Source: Candidatus Multivoradales bacterium (GTDB taxonomy: Bacteria; Acidobacteriota; Thermoanaerobaculia; Multivoradales; JAHEKO01). From it: a stretch of 64,000 nt of DNA. Location: NCBI GenBank assembly GCA_965223855.1, contig CBDCXM010000009.1, forward strand, positions 2,656,001 through 2,720,000. The letters run 5' to 3'. Shown here in pieces: positions 35,950-48,922 of this stretch (within the stretch, counting starts at the first letter, position 1; each line of letters begins with the position of its first letter). A program made the position numbers and the translations under genes. The notes under the pieces are model-generated. The model searched no databases and was not told where the DNA came from. It saw nothing but the letters and a program-made list of their open reading frames with translations.

Positions 35950-37250
35950 GCCGACTCGGTGCGGTGCTCCTATGGTCGGTGCTGGCCGCGGCCTTCATCG
36001 GGCCCGGCACGGTGACGACGGCGGCGAGCGCCGGTGCCTCGCACGGGTTGGCGCTTCTGTGGGCGCTGTCGTTCTCGGTCCTCGCCTGCCTCGTCCTGCA
36101 GGAGGCGGCCGCCAGGTTGGCGATCTCCGGAGGCGAGAATCTCGCCGAGGCGATCTCGGGGCGCTATCCCGCCGGCGCAGCCAGGTTGGCCGTCTGGGTT
36201 CTGGTCGTCGGCGGGGTCATCGTCGGCTGCGCCGCCTACGAGGCGGGGAATCTGCTCGGCGCCGTGGCAGGGGTCGATCTGCTCGGCCTCGAGACCGCTC
36301 CCGGAGCCGGTGTGGCAGCCGCTCTCCTCGGCGGGGTCGCCGCGTTGTTGCTCTGGTTCCGGCCGCCGGAAGCGGTCGCACGGACTCTTGCCCTGCTCGT
36401 TGGAGTGATGGGAGTCGCCTTCCTCTGGTGCGCCGTTTCGTTGAACCCTGTCCCGGGCGACCTCCTCGCCGGTCTGTTGCGGCCCCGGCTGCCGGAGGGC
36501 AGCTCTCTCCTGGCACTCGGCCTCGTCGGTACGACCGTCGTGCCCTACAACCTTTTCCTCGGCTCGGGGCTCGCTCGCGGCCGCCTCGCGGAGACGCGTT
36601 TCGGCATTGCAGTGGCGGTCCTCCTCGGCGGTGCGATCTCGATGGCGGTGGTGGTGGTGGGGACGGCCATGGCCGCGCCGATGACCTTCCATGGGTTGAG
36701 CGAGGTGCTCGGCGAACGACTCGGCCCCTGGGCTCAGGGACTTCTCGGTGGAGGACTCCTGGCGGCCGGCCTGTCGTCCGCAATCACGGCGCCGCTGGCC
36801 GCCGCGCTGACGGCGCGCGGCCTGGTCGGGGGCGAGGGGACGGGGGAGTGGAGCCGCAAGGGATGGAAGTATCGCTGTGTCTGGGGCGGCGTTCTCCTCA
36901 CGGGCGTCGCCGTCGCGGCCAGCGGAGTGCGGCCGATCCCGGTGATCATCCTCGCGCAGGCTCTCAACGGCATGCTGCTGCCGGCGGTAGCGATCTTCCT
37001 GTGGGTCGCCGTCAATGACCGGCGGCGGCTCGGCTCGCGCGCGATCAACGGTCGCTGGTCCAACTTGCTGACGTCGCTGGTGGTGCTGGTGAGCCTCGTG
37101 CTCGGACTGCTGGGCCTGATGCGCGCGGTGGTCGCGGCCACCGGCTTGCCTGCGCTGCCGGAAGGGAGGCTGCTCGCCCTGGCGGCACTGTTCGCCGCGC
37201 TGCTCGCCCTGCCGATCGTGAGAGCGATCCGCCGGGCGCGCCGGCCGTGA
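35946..37250 (+). CDS. NRAMP-family (YcsG-like) transporter
   Basis: AAFIGPGTVTT, LQEAAARL, AYEAGN, GTTVVPYNLFL, AAGLSSAITAP. Confidence 0.88.
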   Translation: MSRLGAVLLWSVLAAAFIGPGTVTTAASAGASHGLALLWALSFSVLACLVLQEAAARLAISGGENLAEAISGRYPAGAARLAVWVLVVGGVIVGCAAYEAGNLLGAVAGVDLLGLETAPGAGVAAALLGGVAALLLWFRPPEAVARTLALLVGVMGVAFLWCAVSLNPVPGDLLAGLLRPRLPEGSSLLALGLVGTTVVPYNLFLGSGLARGRLAETRFGIAVAVLLGGAISMAVVVVGTAMAAPMTFHGLSEVLGERLGPWAQGLLGGGLLAAGLSSAITAPLAAALTARGLVGGEGTGEWSRKGWKYRCVWGGVLLTGVAVAASGVRPIPVIILAQALNGMLLPAVAIFLWVAVNDRRRLGSRAINGRWSNLLTSLVVLVSLVLGLLGLMRAVVAATGLPALPEGRLLALAALFAALLALPIVRAIRRARRP

Positions 37251-37335
37251 GGCAGCGGACGGAGCAGGCTAGAATCGCCTTGGCTGACTTTCGATGCTCG
37301 AAGCGGGTGCAGAAACCCGGAGGGGGTTTGAACTG

Positions 37336-38799
37336 ATGCGATTCCACACTTCCCGCGCCGCAGCGGCGGCGCTCTCGACGGCGCTGCTCGTGACCTTCCT
37401 GCCGGGCTGCTCGGTGAATCCTGCGACCGGCAAGCAGCAGATCAACCTGATCTCTGAGGAGCGGGCGATCGCCATGGGCCGCGAGGCGGACGAGCAGATC
37501 GTCCAGCAGTTCGGTCTCTATCCCAGCGACGAGCTGCAGAGCTACATGCAGGAGCTCGGCAGTGAACTCGCTGCGCGCTCCGAACGACCCCATCTCCCGT
37601 GGACCTTCCGGGTGCTCGACGACCCGCTGGTCAACGCGTTCGCGCTTCCGGGGGGCTTCGTCTACGTCACCCGCGGCATCATGGCTCACCTCGAGTCGGA
37701 GGCGGAGCTGGTCGGCATCCTCGGGCACGAGATCGGGCACATCACTGCGCGTCACGGCGTCAACCGACTCAGCAAGCAGCAGCTGGCCGGAATCGGTCTC
37801 GGCATCGGCATGATCGTCAGCCCGGAGCTGCGCTCGGTGGGAGACCTCGCGCAGTCGGGTCTCGGTCTCCTGTTCCTCAAGTACTCGCGCGACGACGAGC
37901 GACAGTCCGACGACCTGGGCCTGCGCTACGCCCTGCGCTCCGGTTACGACCCGCGAGAGATCCCCGCGGTCTTCGACCTGCTGCAGCGGGTCAGCCAGGC
38001 TTCCGGCGGCGGCCGGGTCCCGGGCTGGCTGGCGACCCATCCCGACCCCGGGCAGCGGCGCGAGAGGATGGCGGCGCAGGTCGCCCAACTCGACGTCGAT
38101 CTCTCGGAGACGAAGGTCGAGCGGCTCTCCTACCAGCGGCGCCTCGACGGCATGGTGTTCGGCGAGAACCCCCGCGAGGGCTACTTCGAGGACGACACCT
38201 TCTATCACCCCGATCTCGCCTTCTCGCTCGACTTCCCGAGCGGCTGGCAGCGTCAGAACCAGAAGCAGGCGGTGATCGCGGTGAGCGAGGAGAAGGACGC
38301 CATGCTTCAGATGACCCTGGTGGAGGAGACGGAACCCTCGGCGGCGGCGCGTGAGCTGGTGTCGGAGGACGGAATCCGCTCCGGTCCGGTGGAGCGCAGT
38401 CGGATCGGCGGTCATCCGGCGGCCACGGTCGTCTTCGAGATCGAGCGCGAGCAGTCGAGCGACCTCGGTGGTCGTGCGACCTTCATTCGCTACGGAGATC
38501 GGACCTACCGGATCCTCGGCCTCACGATGAAGGAGAAGTACAACGGCTACCGCCGGGCGATCGAGGGGAGTCAGTCGAGCTTCCGCAAGGTGACCGATCG
38601 CAAGGTGCTCGACGTCCAGCCGCGACGCCTGAGCATGGTCGACATCGAGAGGGGACTGACCCTCGAGGAGTTCGAGCGCAGCTTCCCGTCGACGGTGCCG
38701 CTCGCCACCCTCGGCCTGCTCAACCGACCCGGGCCGGACGGGCGGCTCGACCCGTCGGTGCTCGCCAAGCGGGTGCTCGGCGGCCCTGACTCACGCTAG
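37336..38799 (+). CDS. M48-family zinc metalloprotease lipoprotein
   Basis: Lipobox LPGC, NAFALPGG, HEIGH, YSRDDE..SD, THP. Confidence 0.92.
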   Translation: MRFHTSRAAAAALSTALLVTFLPGCSVNPATGKQQINLISEERAIAMGREADEQIVQQFGLYPSDELQSYMQELGSELAARSERPHLPWTFRVLDDPLVNAFALPGGFVYVTRGIMAHLESEAELVGILGHEIGHITARHGVNRLSKQQLAGIGLGIGMIVSPELRSVGDLAQSGLGLLFLKYSRDDERQSDDLGLRYALRSGYDPREIPAVFDLLQRVSQASGGGRVPGWLATHPDPGQRRERMAAQVAQLDVDLSETKVERLSYQRRLDGMVFGENPREGYFEDDTFYHPDLAFSLDFPSGWQRQNQKQAVIAVSEEKDAMLQMTLVEETEPSAAARELVSEDGIRSGPVERSRIGGHPAATVVFEIEREQSSDLGGRATFIRYGDRTYRILGLTMKEKYNGYRRAIEGSQSSFRKVTDRKVLDVQPRRLSMVDIERGLTLEEFERSFPSTVPLATLGLLNRPGPDGRLDPSVLAKRVLGGPDSR

Positions 38800-38824
38800 C
38801 CCGGCGTGAGAAGTCCGGGCTAGC
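38795..38824. terminator. Bidirectional terminator-like hairpin
   Basis: GCTAGCCCGG-10 nt-CCGGGCTAGC between the convergent M48 and tag genes. Confidence 0.55.
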
Positions 38825-38826
38825 TC

Positions 38827-39393
38827 TCAGCCGCTGCGGCGGAAGCAGGTCTCGGCGTGGTCGTCGACCATGCCGACCGCTTGCATGTAGGCGTAGAGAA
38901 TCGTCGGCCCGACGAAGTTGAAGCCGCGCTGCTTGAGGTCCTTCGAGAACGCCCGCGATTCCTCGGTCTCGGTCGGGATGTCGCGCCAGGTGCGGTACGG
39001 CCCCCCTCTGAGCGGCTCGCCGCCGACGAACCCCCAGGCGTAGTCCGAGAAGCTTCCAAATTCCTCCTGCACGGCGAGGAAGCACCTGGCGTTGCGGATC
39101 GTCGACTCGATCTTGGCGCGATTGCGGATGATCCGCTCGTCCCGCATCAGGCGCTCGACGCTGCGCCGGTTGTAGCGTGCCACGGTCTCGACGTCGAAAC
39201 CGTGGAACGCCTTGCGGTAGCCCTCACGGCGCTTGAGGATCGTCAGCCACGAGAGCCCGGCCTGCGCCCCCTCGAGGATCAGGTGCTCGAACAGATGGCG
39301 GTCGTCGTAGGACGGAACTCCCCATTCTTCGTCGTGGTAGGCGAGGTAGAGCGGATGCTCGCCCACCCAGTCGCAGCGCGTCACGTCGTTCAC
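38827..39393 (-). CDS. tag: DNA-3-methyladenine glycosylase I
   Basis: RCDW, YHDEEWG, LEGAQAGLSW, IIRNRAKI, FVGPTILYAYMQAVG..DH...C. Confidence 0.96.
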   Translation of the reverse strand: MNDVTRCDWVGEHPLYLAYHDEEWGVPSYDDRHLFEHLILEGAQAGLSWLTILKRREGYRKAFHGFDVETVARYNRRSVERLMRDERIIRNRAKIESTIRNARCFLAVQEEFGSFSDYAWGFVGGEPLRGGPYRTWRDIPTETEESRAFSKDLKQRGFNFVGPTILYAYMQAVGMVDDHAETCFRRSG

Positions 39394-39413
39394 GTCAATG
39401 GACACTAGCGCAT

Positions 39414-40502
39414 CTAGCGGACCCTGCGTCGACGGTTCTTGAGGTAGTCGGCGAGGATGAACTCGCCGAGGTTGTGCGGCGAGGCGAAGTAGGCGCGGCC
39501 GCGGTTGATCCGGGTGAGTTTCTCGACGAAGTTCGTCAGCGTCGGGTCGGTCGCCAGCATGAAGGTCGTGATGACGACTCCCTGACGGCGGCACAGATCG
39601 ACCTCTTCGAGCGTCTTGTTGACGATCTTGAGGTCGAGGCCGAACGGGTTCTTGTAGACCGAGTTCCCCTCCGTGATCGCCGACGGCTTGCCGTCGGTGA
39701 CGAGGAAGATCTGCTTGTTCGGCTGCTTGCGTCGCGCCAGCATCGAGCGCGCCATCTGCAGGCCTTCACGGGTGTTGGTGTGGTACGGACCCGCCTCGAT
39801 GTAGGGGAGGTCCGAGAGCTCGACCCGCTCGGCGCGGTCGCCGAAGAGCAGCACCCCCAGGTAGTCCTTCGGATATCTGGTCGTAATGAGCTCGGTCATC
39901 GCCAGAGCGACCTTCTTGGCGGGCGTGATGCGATCCTCGCCGTAGAGGATCATCGAATGGCTGATGTCGATCGCGACCACGGTGGCGCAGGCGGTCAGAT
40001 GCTCGGTCTCGTAGACCTCGAGATCCTGCGGTGCGAGCTCGAGGTCCCCCTTGGTGCGCCGCAGGGCGTTGCGGATCGACTGCACGGTGTCGATGCGGTG
40101 GAGGTCGTCGCCGAACTCCCACGCTCGCGTCTCCGGCAGCCGTTCGACCCCCTCGCCGTGACCGCGAGTGGGGTGATAGCCGGCGGCCCCCTTCGACAGC
40201 GAGGTGAAGATCTCCTCGAAGGCGGAGCGGCGCAACCGGCGTTCGCCGATACCGGTCAGAGTGACCTGTCCCTCACCGTCGCGGCCGAGCACCTGCTGGC
40301 GTTCCAGCTCGTCGAAGAACGCGTCGAGATCGATGTCGGGGGAGAGGTATCCCCGCTCCTGGAGCTCCCGCATCCACTGCATCGCCTGCTCGGCGTCGCC
40401 GCCCGAGGCGAGCAGGAGTTCGTTGAAGAGCTTCGACAGGTCGAGCTCGGCGAGCAGGCGCTCGAGCAGCGACGGGTCGAGATGGGAGTAGCGGTGGCGC
40501 AC
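39414..40502 (-). CDS. VWA domain protein
   Basis: MIDAS DISHS, TNT, VTDGKP. Confidence 0.9.
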   Translation of the reverse strand: MRHRYSHLDPSLLERLLAELDLSKLFNELLLASGGDAEQAMQWMRELQERGYLSPDIDLDAFFDELERQQVLGRDGEGQVTLTGIGERRLRRSAFEEIFTSLSKGAAGYHPTRGHGEGVERLPETRAWEFGDDLHRIDTVQSIRNALRRTKGDLELAPQDLEVYETEHLTACATVVAIDISHSMILYGEDRITPAKKVALAMTELITTRYPKDYLGVLLFGDRAERVELSDLPYIEAGPYHTNTREGLQMARSMLARRKQPNKQIFLVTDGKPSAITEGNSVYKNPFGLDLKIVNKTLEEVDLCRRQGVVITTFMLATDPTLTNFVEKLTRINRGRAYFASPHNLGEFILADYLKNRRRRVR

Positions 40503-40549
40503 GGTTCAGCCGGAGAGCGTGGTCGGCGGTTTCAGGTGGGGAGGGCCGG

Positions 40550-42034
40550 TCAGTTGAAGGCGTCCTCTTCGTCTCCCAGATGCGGTCGCAGCAGCTGGAA
40601 CTTGACGACCTCCCTGTAGGTGATCGAGCTGTCGAGATCCTCGCGGGTGAGCTTGAGGTGCTGATGGAGCCCCTCGAGGATCATCTCCGCGGCCAGTGCC
40701 CGCGCCGCCTCCGAGTCGCCGTAGTCGGCCGCCAGCTCCATCAGGGACGGTACCTTCGCGAGCTCTTCGCGATAAGCGTCGAAGGACTGCTCGTCGTCGA
40801 GCTCGATCGAATGGCCGTCGGCGAACCAGGCGACGATCGCGGCGTACGGGCCGTCGTCGTCCTCGCCGCCGCTGCCGACCTCGCGACCCACCTCGGGGAA
40901 GGTGTCGTCGAACACCTTGCGCACCGCGCCACCGAGGATCTGTCGCGCCACCACCTCGACCCCCTGCTGTTCCCCCTCGTAGACCATCTCCAGCTTCCCG
41001 GTCAGCGCCGGGAGCAGCATCGCCAGGTCGCAGATCCGCGGGTAGGCGTCGTCGTCTCCGTGCGCCAGGGCACGTCGTTCGAGGTTGGAGTAGAGGAGCT
41101 CGAGGGCCGAGATCGGCATGCGAGCGCTGACGCCGGAAGTCTGATCGACCAGCTCGCTCTCTCGCGCCAGGAAGGCGACCTCCTCGACGATCCTCCGGTA
41201 CGAAGGGGGCAGGGCGAACTTCCGGTCCGCCCCCTTCTCGGCCTCCTGGTCGGTGATCTGGCGGCTGGTCTCGAGGTCACGCGGGTAGTGGGTGAGGATC
41301 TGCGACGAGATACGGTCCTTGAGCGGGGTGATGATCGAGCCGCGGTTCGTGTAGTCCTCCGGGTTGGCCGAGAAGACCATCAGCAGGTCGAGCGGCATCC
41401 GAACCGTGAAGCCCCGGATCTGGAGATCCCTCTCTTCGAGCAGGTTGAGCAGGCCGACCTGGATACGAGGCGCCAGGTCCGGCAGCTCGTTGATCGCGAA
41501 AATGCCGCGATTGGAGCGCGGGATCAGCCCGAAGTGGATGACCTCCGGGTCGGCGTAGGTGAGCTTGCGGGTCGCCGCCTTGATCGGATCGATGTCGCCG
41601 AGAAGATCGGCGATCGAGACGTCCGGTGTCGCCAGCTTCTCGTGGTACCGCTCCCCGGGCGAGAGCCAGTCGATCGGCGCGTCGTCGCCCGCCTCGGCCA
41701 CCAGATGGCGACCCCGGGTCGACTCGGGGGCGAGAGGATCGTCGTTGATCTCGCTGCCGGCCAGCACCGGCAGCTCGTCGTCGAGGAGTGTCGTCAGCTG
41801 TCGCAGCAGCCGCGTCTTCGCCTGCCCCCGCAGCCCGAGCAGGATGAAGTCGTGCCTTGCCAGCAGCGCATTGACGACCGCCGGGATCACGGTCCGCTCG
41901 TAGCCGAGGATGCCGGGGAAGAGGGGCGTGCCGTCGGCGAGCCGGCGCCGCAGATTCGCGCGGATCTCGTCCTTGACCGGACGCGACCGGTAGCCGCTCT
42001 CTCTGAGCGCTCCGAGGGTCGTCGCGCGGGTCAA
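40550..42034 (-). CDS. AAA+ ATPase (Mg-chelatase/MoxR-related)
   Basis: Walker A GLRGQAKT, Walker B variant [24 protein letters not shown]. Confidence 0.9.
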   Translation of the reverse strand: MTRATTLGALRESGYRSRPVKDEIRANLRRRLADGTPLFPGILGYERTVIPAVVNALLARHDFILLGLRGQAKTRLLRQLTTLLDDELPVLAGSEINDDPLAPESTRGRHLVAEAGDDAPIDWLSPGERYHEKLATPDVSIADLLGDIDPIKAATRKLTYADPEVIHFGLIPRSNRGIFAINELPDLAPRIQVGLLNLLEERDLQIRGFTVRMPLDLLMVFSANPEDYTNRGSIITPLKDRISSQILTHYPRDLETSRQITDQEAEKGADRKFALPPSYRRIVEEVAFLARESELVDQTSGVSARMPISALELLYSNLERRALAHGDDDAYPRICDLAMLLPALTGKLEMVYEGEQQGVEVVARQILGGAVRKVFDDTFPEVGREVGSGGEDDDGPYAAIVAWFADGHSIELDDEQSFDAYREELAKVPSLMELAADYGDSEAARALAAEMILEGLHQHLKLTREDLDSSITYREVVKFQLLRPHLGDEEDAFN

Positions 42035-42978
42035 CTCCTTGCCTCGAGGAAGCGCTCGGCGTCGATCGCGGCGCGGCAGCCGGTGCCGGCCGCGGTGACA
42101 GCCTGGCGGTACGACGGATCGGCGACGTCGCCGGCGGCGAACACTCCCTCCACGCTCGTGGCGGTCGACGGCTCGCGGACCACGGCATAGCCCTGAGCGT
42201 CGAGGTCGATCTGGCCGTCGAGGAAGGCGGTGTTGGGGATGTGGCCGATGGCGACGAAGACGCCGTTGGTCGCGTACTCGCTGACCTCTCCGCTCTGGGT
42301 GTCCTCGAGGCGTACCGCGTGTACGCCGTCCTCACGGCTTCCGAGCACCTCCCGCACCGTCTTGTTCCACTGCCACTCGATCTTGTCGTTGGCCATCGCC
42401 CTGTCCTGGAGGATCTTCGACGCTCGCAGCTCGTCGCGGCGGTGGATCACCGTCACCTTGTCCGCATGCTTGGTCAGGTAGATCGCCTCCTCCAGGGCAC
42501 TGTCGCCACCGCCTACGATCACCACCTCCTTGCCGCGGAAGAAGAAGCCGTCGCAGGTGGCACAGGTCGAAACCCCGTACCCCATGAGCTCCTCTTCCGA
42601 CGGGAGACCGAGCAGCCGCGCCGAGGCGCCGGTGGCCAGAATCAGACTGTCGGCGGTGTAGGTCGCGCCGTCCTCGCCGGTCACGCGGAACGGTCGGCTC
42701 GAAAGGTCGACCGTCGTCGCCTCTTCGAAGCGCACGTCCGCGCCGAAGCGCTGCGCCTGCTTGCGCAGCACGTCCATCAGCTCCGGGCCGAGGATGCCGT
42801 CGACGAAGCCCGGGTAGTTCTCGACGTCGGTGGTGATGGTGAGCTGGCCACCCGGCTGGTTGCCCTCGAGAACCAACGGCTCGAGGTTCGCGCGCGCGGC
42901 ATAGAGCGCCGCCGTGAGGCCGGCGGGCCCCGAGCCGAGAATCAGGACCTCACGGTGCTGGGGAGTGTCGTTCGTCAT
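42031..42978 (-). CDS. trxB: Thioredoxin reductase
   Basis: GSGPAG, GGQL, CATCDG, GGGDSA, HRRD, AAGDV. Confidence 0.97.
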   Translation of the reverse strand: MTNDTPQHREVLILGSGPAGLTAALYAARANLEPLVLEGNQPGGQLTITTDVENYPGFVDGILGPELMDVLRKQAQRFGADVRFEEATTVDLSSRPFRVTGEDGATYTADSLILATGASARLLGLPSEEELMGYGVSTCATCDGFFFRGKEVVIVGGGDSALEEAIYLTKHADKVTVIHRRDELRASKILQDRAMANDKIEWQWNKTVREVLGSREDGVHAVRLEDTQSGEVSEYATNGVFVAIGHIPNTAFLDGQIDLDAQGYAVVREPSTATSVEGVFAAGDVADPSYRQAVTAAGTGCRAAIDAERFLEARS

Positions 42979-43228
42979 CTGAGAGATGCCTCCTGGAACC
43001 TGGAGTAAGAGGAGAAGCCTGGGATGTTGCTGGAGACGCTCGCGCCGCGCCCGCTCCGCCGGTCGGCCGGCCGGACCTTCGTGAAGCGAACAGGTGGCGC
43101 TGGAAGCGCGAGAAGGGTCGCGGTCGGCGCCGAAGTCAGGAATATCTTACCAACCGTGTCCAGCCTCTTCGGACGGTGACGATCCTCTCGTACGTTCGAT
43201 AGGGTGGTCCCTGAACGGAGGAACTGCC

Positions 43229-43738
43229 ATGGTCTCGGAACAGGAACTGATCGACGCCTTCAACGCCCAGGTCGGCCACGAGTTCGGCGCATCCGCCCAC
43301 TACGTCGCTATCGCCTCGTACTTCGCCCGTGAGGATCTCGAGCAGCTCGCCGAGTTCTTCTACCGTCAGGCGGACGAGGAGCGCGATCATGCGATGCGGT
43401 TCGTGCGCTACATCGTCGACGCCGGAGGTGTCGTGGAGGTGCCGCAGATCGCCGCCGCTTCGAGCCGCTTCGAGTCCGCCGAGGCTGCGGTGCAGTCGGC
43501 GCTCGACTCGGAGAAGAAGGTCACCTCACAGATCTATGACCTGGTCGAGATCGCCGAGAAACATCGCGATCACATCGCCAAGCGCTTCCTCGACTGGTTC
43601 GTCGACGAGCAGTTCGAGGAGGTGTCGACGATCGGTGCCCTGCTGTCGGTGGTGCAGCGCGCCGGAGAGGGGAATCTGCTGCTGGTCGAGGACTATGTCG
43701 TGCGGCAGGGTGACCCCCACGCCGACGGCGGGCACTGA
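43229..43738 (+). CDS. Ferritin
   Basis: HE..A..HY, EERDHA, EKKVT, FLDWFVDEQFEE; GGAGG RBS. Confidence 0.93.
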   Translation: MVSEQELIDAFNAQVGHEFGASAHYVAIASYFAREDLEQLAEFFYRQADEERDHAMRFVRYIVDAGGVVEVPQIAAASSRFESAEAAVQSALDSEKKVTSQIYDLVEIAEKHRDHIAKRFLDWFVDEQFEEVSTIGALLSVVQRAGEGNLLLVEDYVVRQGDPHADGGH

Positions 43739-43776
43739 GTCCAGCCCCGTCTCGGGGAGCCCCGGCGCTCCGTCAG

Positions 43777-44424
43777 TCAGTTCGCGCCGCTCGTAGCGCC
43801 GGTTCTGGCGACGACGGTGGCTCCTTCGGTCAGCCGATCCCCGACTGCGACCGCGATCTCCCACGAGGTCGGAAGGTAGAGGTCGACTCGCGACCCGAAC
43901 TTGATGATGCCGATGCGCTGACCACGCTCGAAGCGCTCGCCGACCTCGGCGTCGCTGACGACCCTCCGGGCGAGGAGCCCGGCGATCTGCTTCATCCCGA
44001 CGACGTCGCCGGTGCCGGTCTCCAGCGCCGTGAAGTGGTACTCGTTGACCTCACCGGCGTCCTCACGGAACGCCGCTACCTTCCTCCCCGGCTGGTAGTC
44101 GCTGATGATCACCTCGCCCGAGACCGGTGCGCGCTGGACATGGACGTTGAACACCGAGAGGAAGGTGACGATGCGCCGCACCGGCGCTTCACCGAGGCGC
44201 TCTTCGACCACCTCGTCGATAGCGGTGATGACACCGTTCGCCGGAGCCAGCACCACGGCCGGATCGGAGTGCGGGGGCCTCGTCGGCACGCGGAAGAACC
44301 ACAACACCGCGAGTGCGAGGACGGCGATCGTCACGCCGATGCGTGGCCAGCCCGCCGCGACCGCGGCGATCGCCAGGAGGACGAGCGGCAGGACGAAAGG
44401 GAGCGCTTCGCGAGCGAATCTCAT
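43777..44424 (-). CDS. psd: Phosphatidylserine decarboxylase
   Basis: FLSVFNVHVQRAP, QIAGLLARR, KFGSRVD (GS cleavage site). Confidence 0.93.
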   Translation of the reverse strand: MRFAREALPFVLPLVLLAIAAVAAGWPRIGVTIAVLALAVLWFFRVPTRPPHSDPAVVLAPANGVITAIDEVVEERLGEAPVRRIVTFLSVFNVHVQRAPVSGEVIISDYQPGRKVAAFREDAGEVNEYHFTALETGTGDVVGMKQIAGLLARRVVSDAEVGERFERGQRIGIIKFGSRVDLYLPTSWEIAVAVGDRLTEGATVVARTGATSGAN

Positions 44425-44449
44425 GATGTGACCGTGAGCAGGTAGGGCC

Positions 44450-44485
44450 CGCCTCGAGGGCGAACCTGTGTCCGGCCTCGAGGCG
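44450..44485. other. Inverted repeat/hairpin between the DUF465 gene and psd
   Basis: CGCCTCGAGG-16 nt-CCTCGAGGCG. Confidence 0.45.
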
Positions 44486-44532
44486 TCGGGCCGGCCGGCG
44501 AGGAAGGTGCGGGTCGCGCGTCTGGCGCCGGC

Positions 44533-44760
44533 TCAGGCGGTGGCCTGAACGACGGCGCCGCGCGAGATCTCTTCCATTCTGTCCTTGAGGAAGAGCTTGT
44601 GACGCTTGATCTGCTTGGCCTTGAGCTCGTCCTCCTCGGAGAGCGACACCAGCTCTCCGAGCTGCTCCAACCGCCGCTCGCAATCCTGGTGCTCATCGTG
44701 GAGACGGCGGTACTCGGCGTTGGTCTCGAGCAGCTCCTGCGTGGCGTCCTCTGTCGGCAT
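44533..44760 (-). CDS. DUF465/YdcH-like coiled-coil protein
   Basis: EYRRLHDEH...IKRHKLFLKDRM; GAGGAGG RBS. Confidence 0.88.
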   Translation of the reverse strand: MPTEDATQELLETNAEYRRLHDEHQDCERRLEQLGELVSLSEEDELKAKQIKRHKLFLKDRMEEISRGAVVQATA

Positions 44761-45033
44761 CGGGTCGGTCCTCCTCGGGTGTGGTGAAAAAGGGGCTCAC
44801 GGGCTCGAGGCCCGCTCCCACGGATATCTACGGTGTGCAGTGGCGAAGCGTCGCGCGATCTCTCTCGAGAGAGACGCGGGCCGTCCCTGCTCCGGCAGAC
44901 CCATCGCCGCCGCCTTCTCGGGGGAGGCGGATCGGTCGCGGAAGGCCCCGGGGCGTCTTGTCGGATCGTCGTGTGACGGGTCGTCGTGCCGAACACCCGG
45001 GGCGCGTGGAGCGCTTGCCGTCACGTCGTGGGA

Positions 45034-45063
45034 AGCGTAGCACCGGGCCGCGCCGTGCGACAA
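45034..45063 (-). promoter_or_regulatory. Putative sigma70 promoter facing the DUF465 gene and psd
   Basis: Minus strand TTGTCG - 18 nt - TACGCT with extended TGn. Confidence 0.45.
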
Positions 45064-45100
45064 CCGTGTGGCGAACTCCACGGCTGCCAGTGGAGCCTCT

Positions 45101-45763
45101 TCAGCGAGGCGTCGAGACGGCCGGCGCCCGCAGGTAGCGTGGAGCGAGAAGGAGGCCCGGGTCCCAGGAGATGGGAGACTCCGCCAGCAGGTCGAAGGCG
45201 AGCGGCGCCAGCGCTGTGGCGGTCACCGCCTCGACGGTCTCCGGCAGTCGCTCGACAAGGGTGTCGATGCCGTGGCCGACGATCGCCGCCGGATCGCGCT
45301 CGACCACCTCGTCGGCCGTGAGCAGCTCGGTCTCCTGGAGGAGACCACTACCCTCGCTCTCCCGAGCGAACCACTCGTTGCGCAGCGCATCGACGACGCA
45401 GAGCGCCCGTGGCGCCACGCGATCGATTCGCGCGAGGAGCTGGAACGTGCCGATCCCGGTCGCCGCGCAGCCGAGAGCCTGGTGAAGGCCCAGGAGCGTC
45501 GCCATGCCGACCCTGAGGCCGGTGAAGCTGCCGGGCCCAAGCACGCCGACGAGCCCGCCGAGCTCGGCGCGGCCGATCCCGGCCTCGTCGAGGACCGCCT
45601 CGATCGTGCCCAGTAGCGCCTCCGAAGAGCGCCGGATCTCGATTGCGCGATGAGTGTGGGCGGGGCCGCCGAGCGGCCCGGCAGCGACACTCACGACAGG
45701 CGATCCCGCATCGACGACGAGCACTGGAGAGCCCGTGTCGGGAGTGGCGAAAGAGGCCTTCAT
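45101..45763 (-). CDS. tsaB: tRNA threonylcarbamoyladenosine biosynthesis protein TsaB
   Basis: GPGSFTGLRVG, DALRNE, PRYLR. Confidence 0.9.
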   Translation of the reverse strand: MKASFATPDTGSPVLVVDAGSPVVSVAAGPLGGPAHTHRAIEIRRSSEALLGTIEAVLDEAGIGRAELGGLVGVLGPGSFTGLRVGMATLLGLHQALGCAATGIGTFQLLARIDRVAPRALCVVDALRNEWFARESEGSGLLQETELLTADEVVERDPAAIVGHGIDTLVERLPETVEAVTATALAPLAFDLLAESPISWDPGLLLAPRYLRAPAVSTPR

Positions 45764-45786
45764 GCGGCGGCTATACTGACCGACCC

Positions 45787-48426
<2,640 letters not shown>

Positions 48427-48435
48427 GCGCGTTTG

Positions 48436-48855
48436 CTAGAACGGGATGTCGTCGTCGAAACCGCCGCCGGCCGGCTCCGACACGCCGCCGCCACCACCGC
48501 CGCCGGATCCGCCGCCCATGTCGTCGCCGCGACGTCCCAGCATCTGGAAGTTGTCGCAGATGATCTCGGTCCGGTAACGCTTGTCGCCGTGGGTCTTGTC
48601 CTCCCACGAGCGAGTCTCGAGCCGCCCTTCGACGTAGACCTGGCGGCCCTTCGTCAGGTACTGCCCGGCGATCTCCGCCTGCCGCCCCCAGGCGACCACC
48701 TGGTGCCACTCGACCTTCTCCTGCATCTGCCCGTCGCGGTCCTTCCACTTGCGGTTCGTGGCGACGGTGAAGTTCGCGACCGGCTGGCCGCTCGGGGTCG
48801 TGCGCACCTCGGGGTCGCGTCCGAGGTTGCCGATGATCATCACTTTGTTGAGCAT
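48436..48855 (-). CDS. ssb: Single-stranded DNA-binding protein
   Basis: [15 protein letters not shown]; Gly-rich linker; DDDIPF tail. Confidence 0.98.
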   Translation of the reverse strand: MLNKVMIIGNLGRDPEVRTTPSGQPVANFTVATNRKWKDRDGQMQEKVEWHQVVAWGRQAEIAGQYLTKGRQVYVEGRLETRSWEDKTHGDKRYRTEIICDNFQMLGRRGDDMGGGSGGGGGGGVSEPAGGGFDDDIPF

Positions 48856-48922
48856 TCGAGTCTCCTGTTCGTGCCTTTGAGCAAGGGCGCAAAGGTATCA
48901 TCCACCCTCAAGGACGCGAAGA

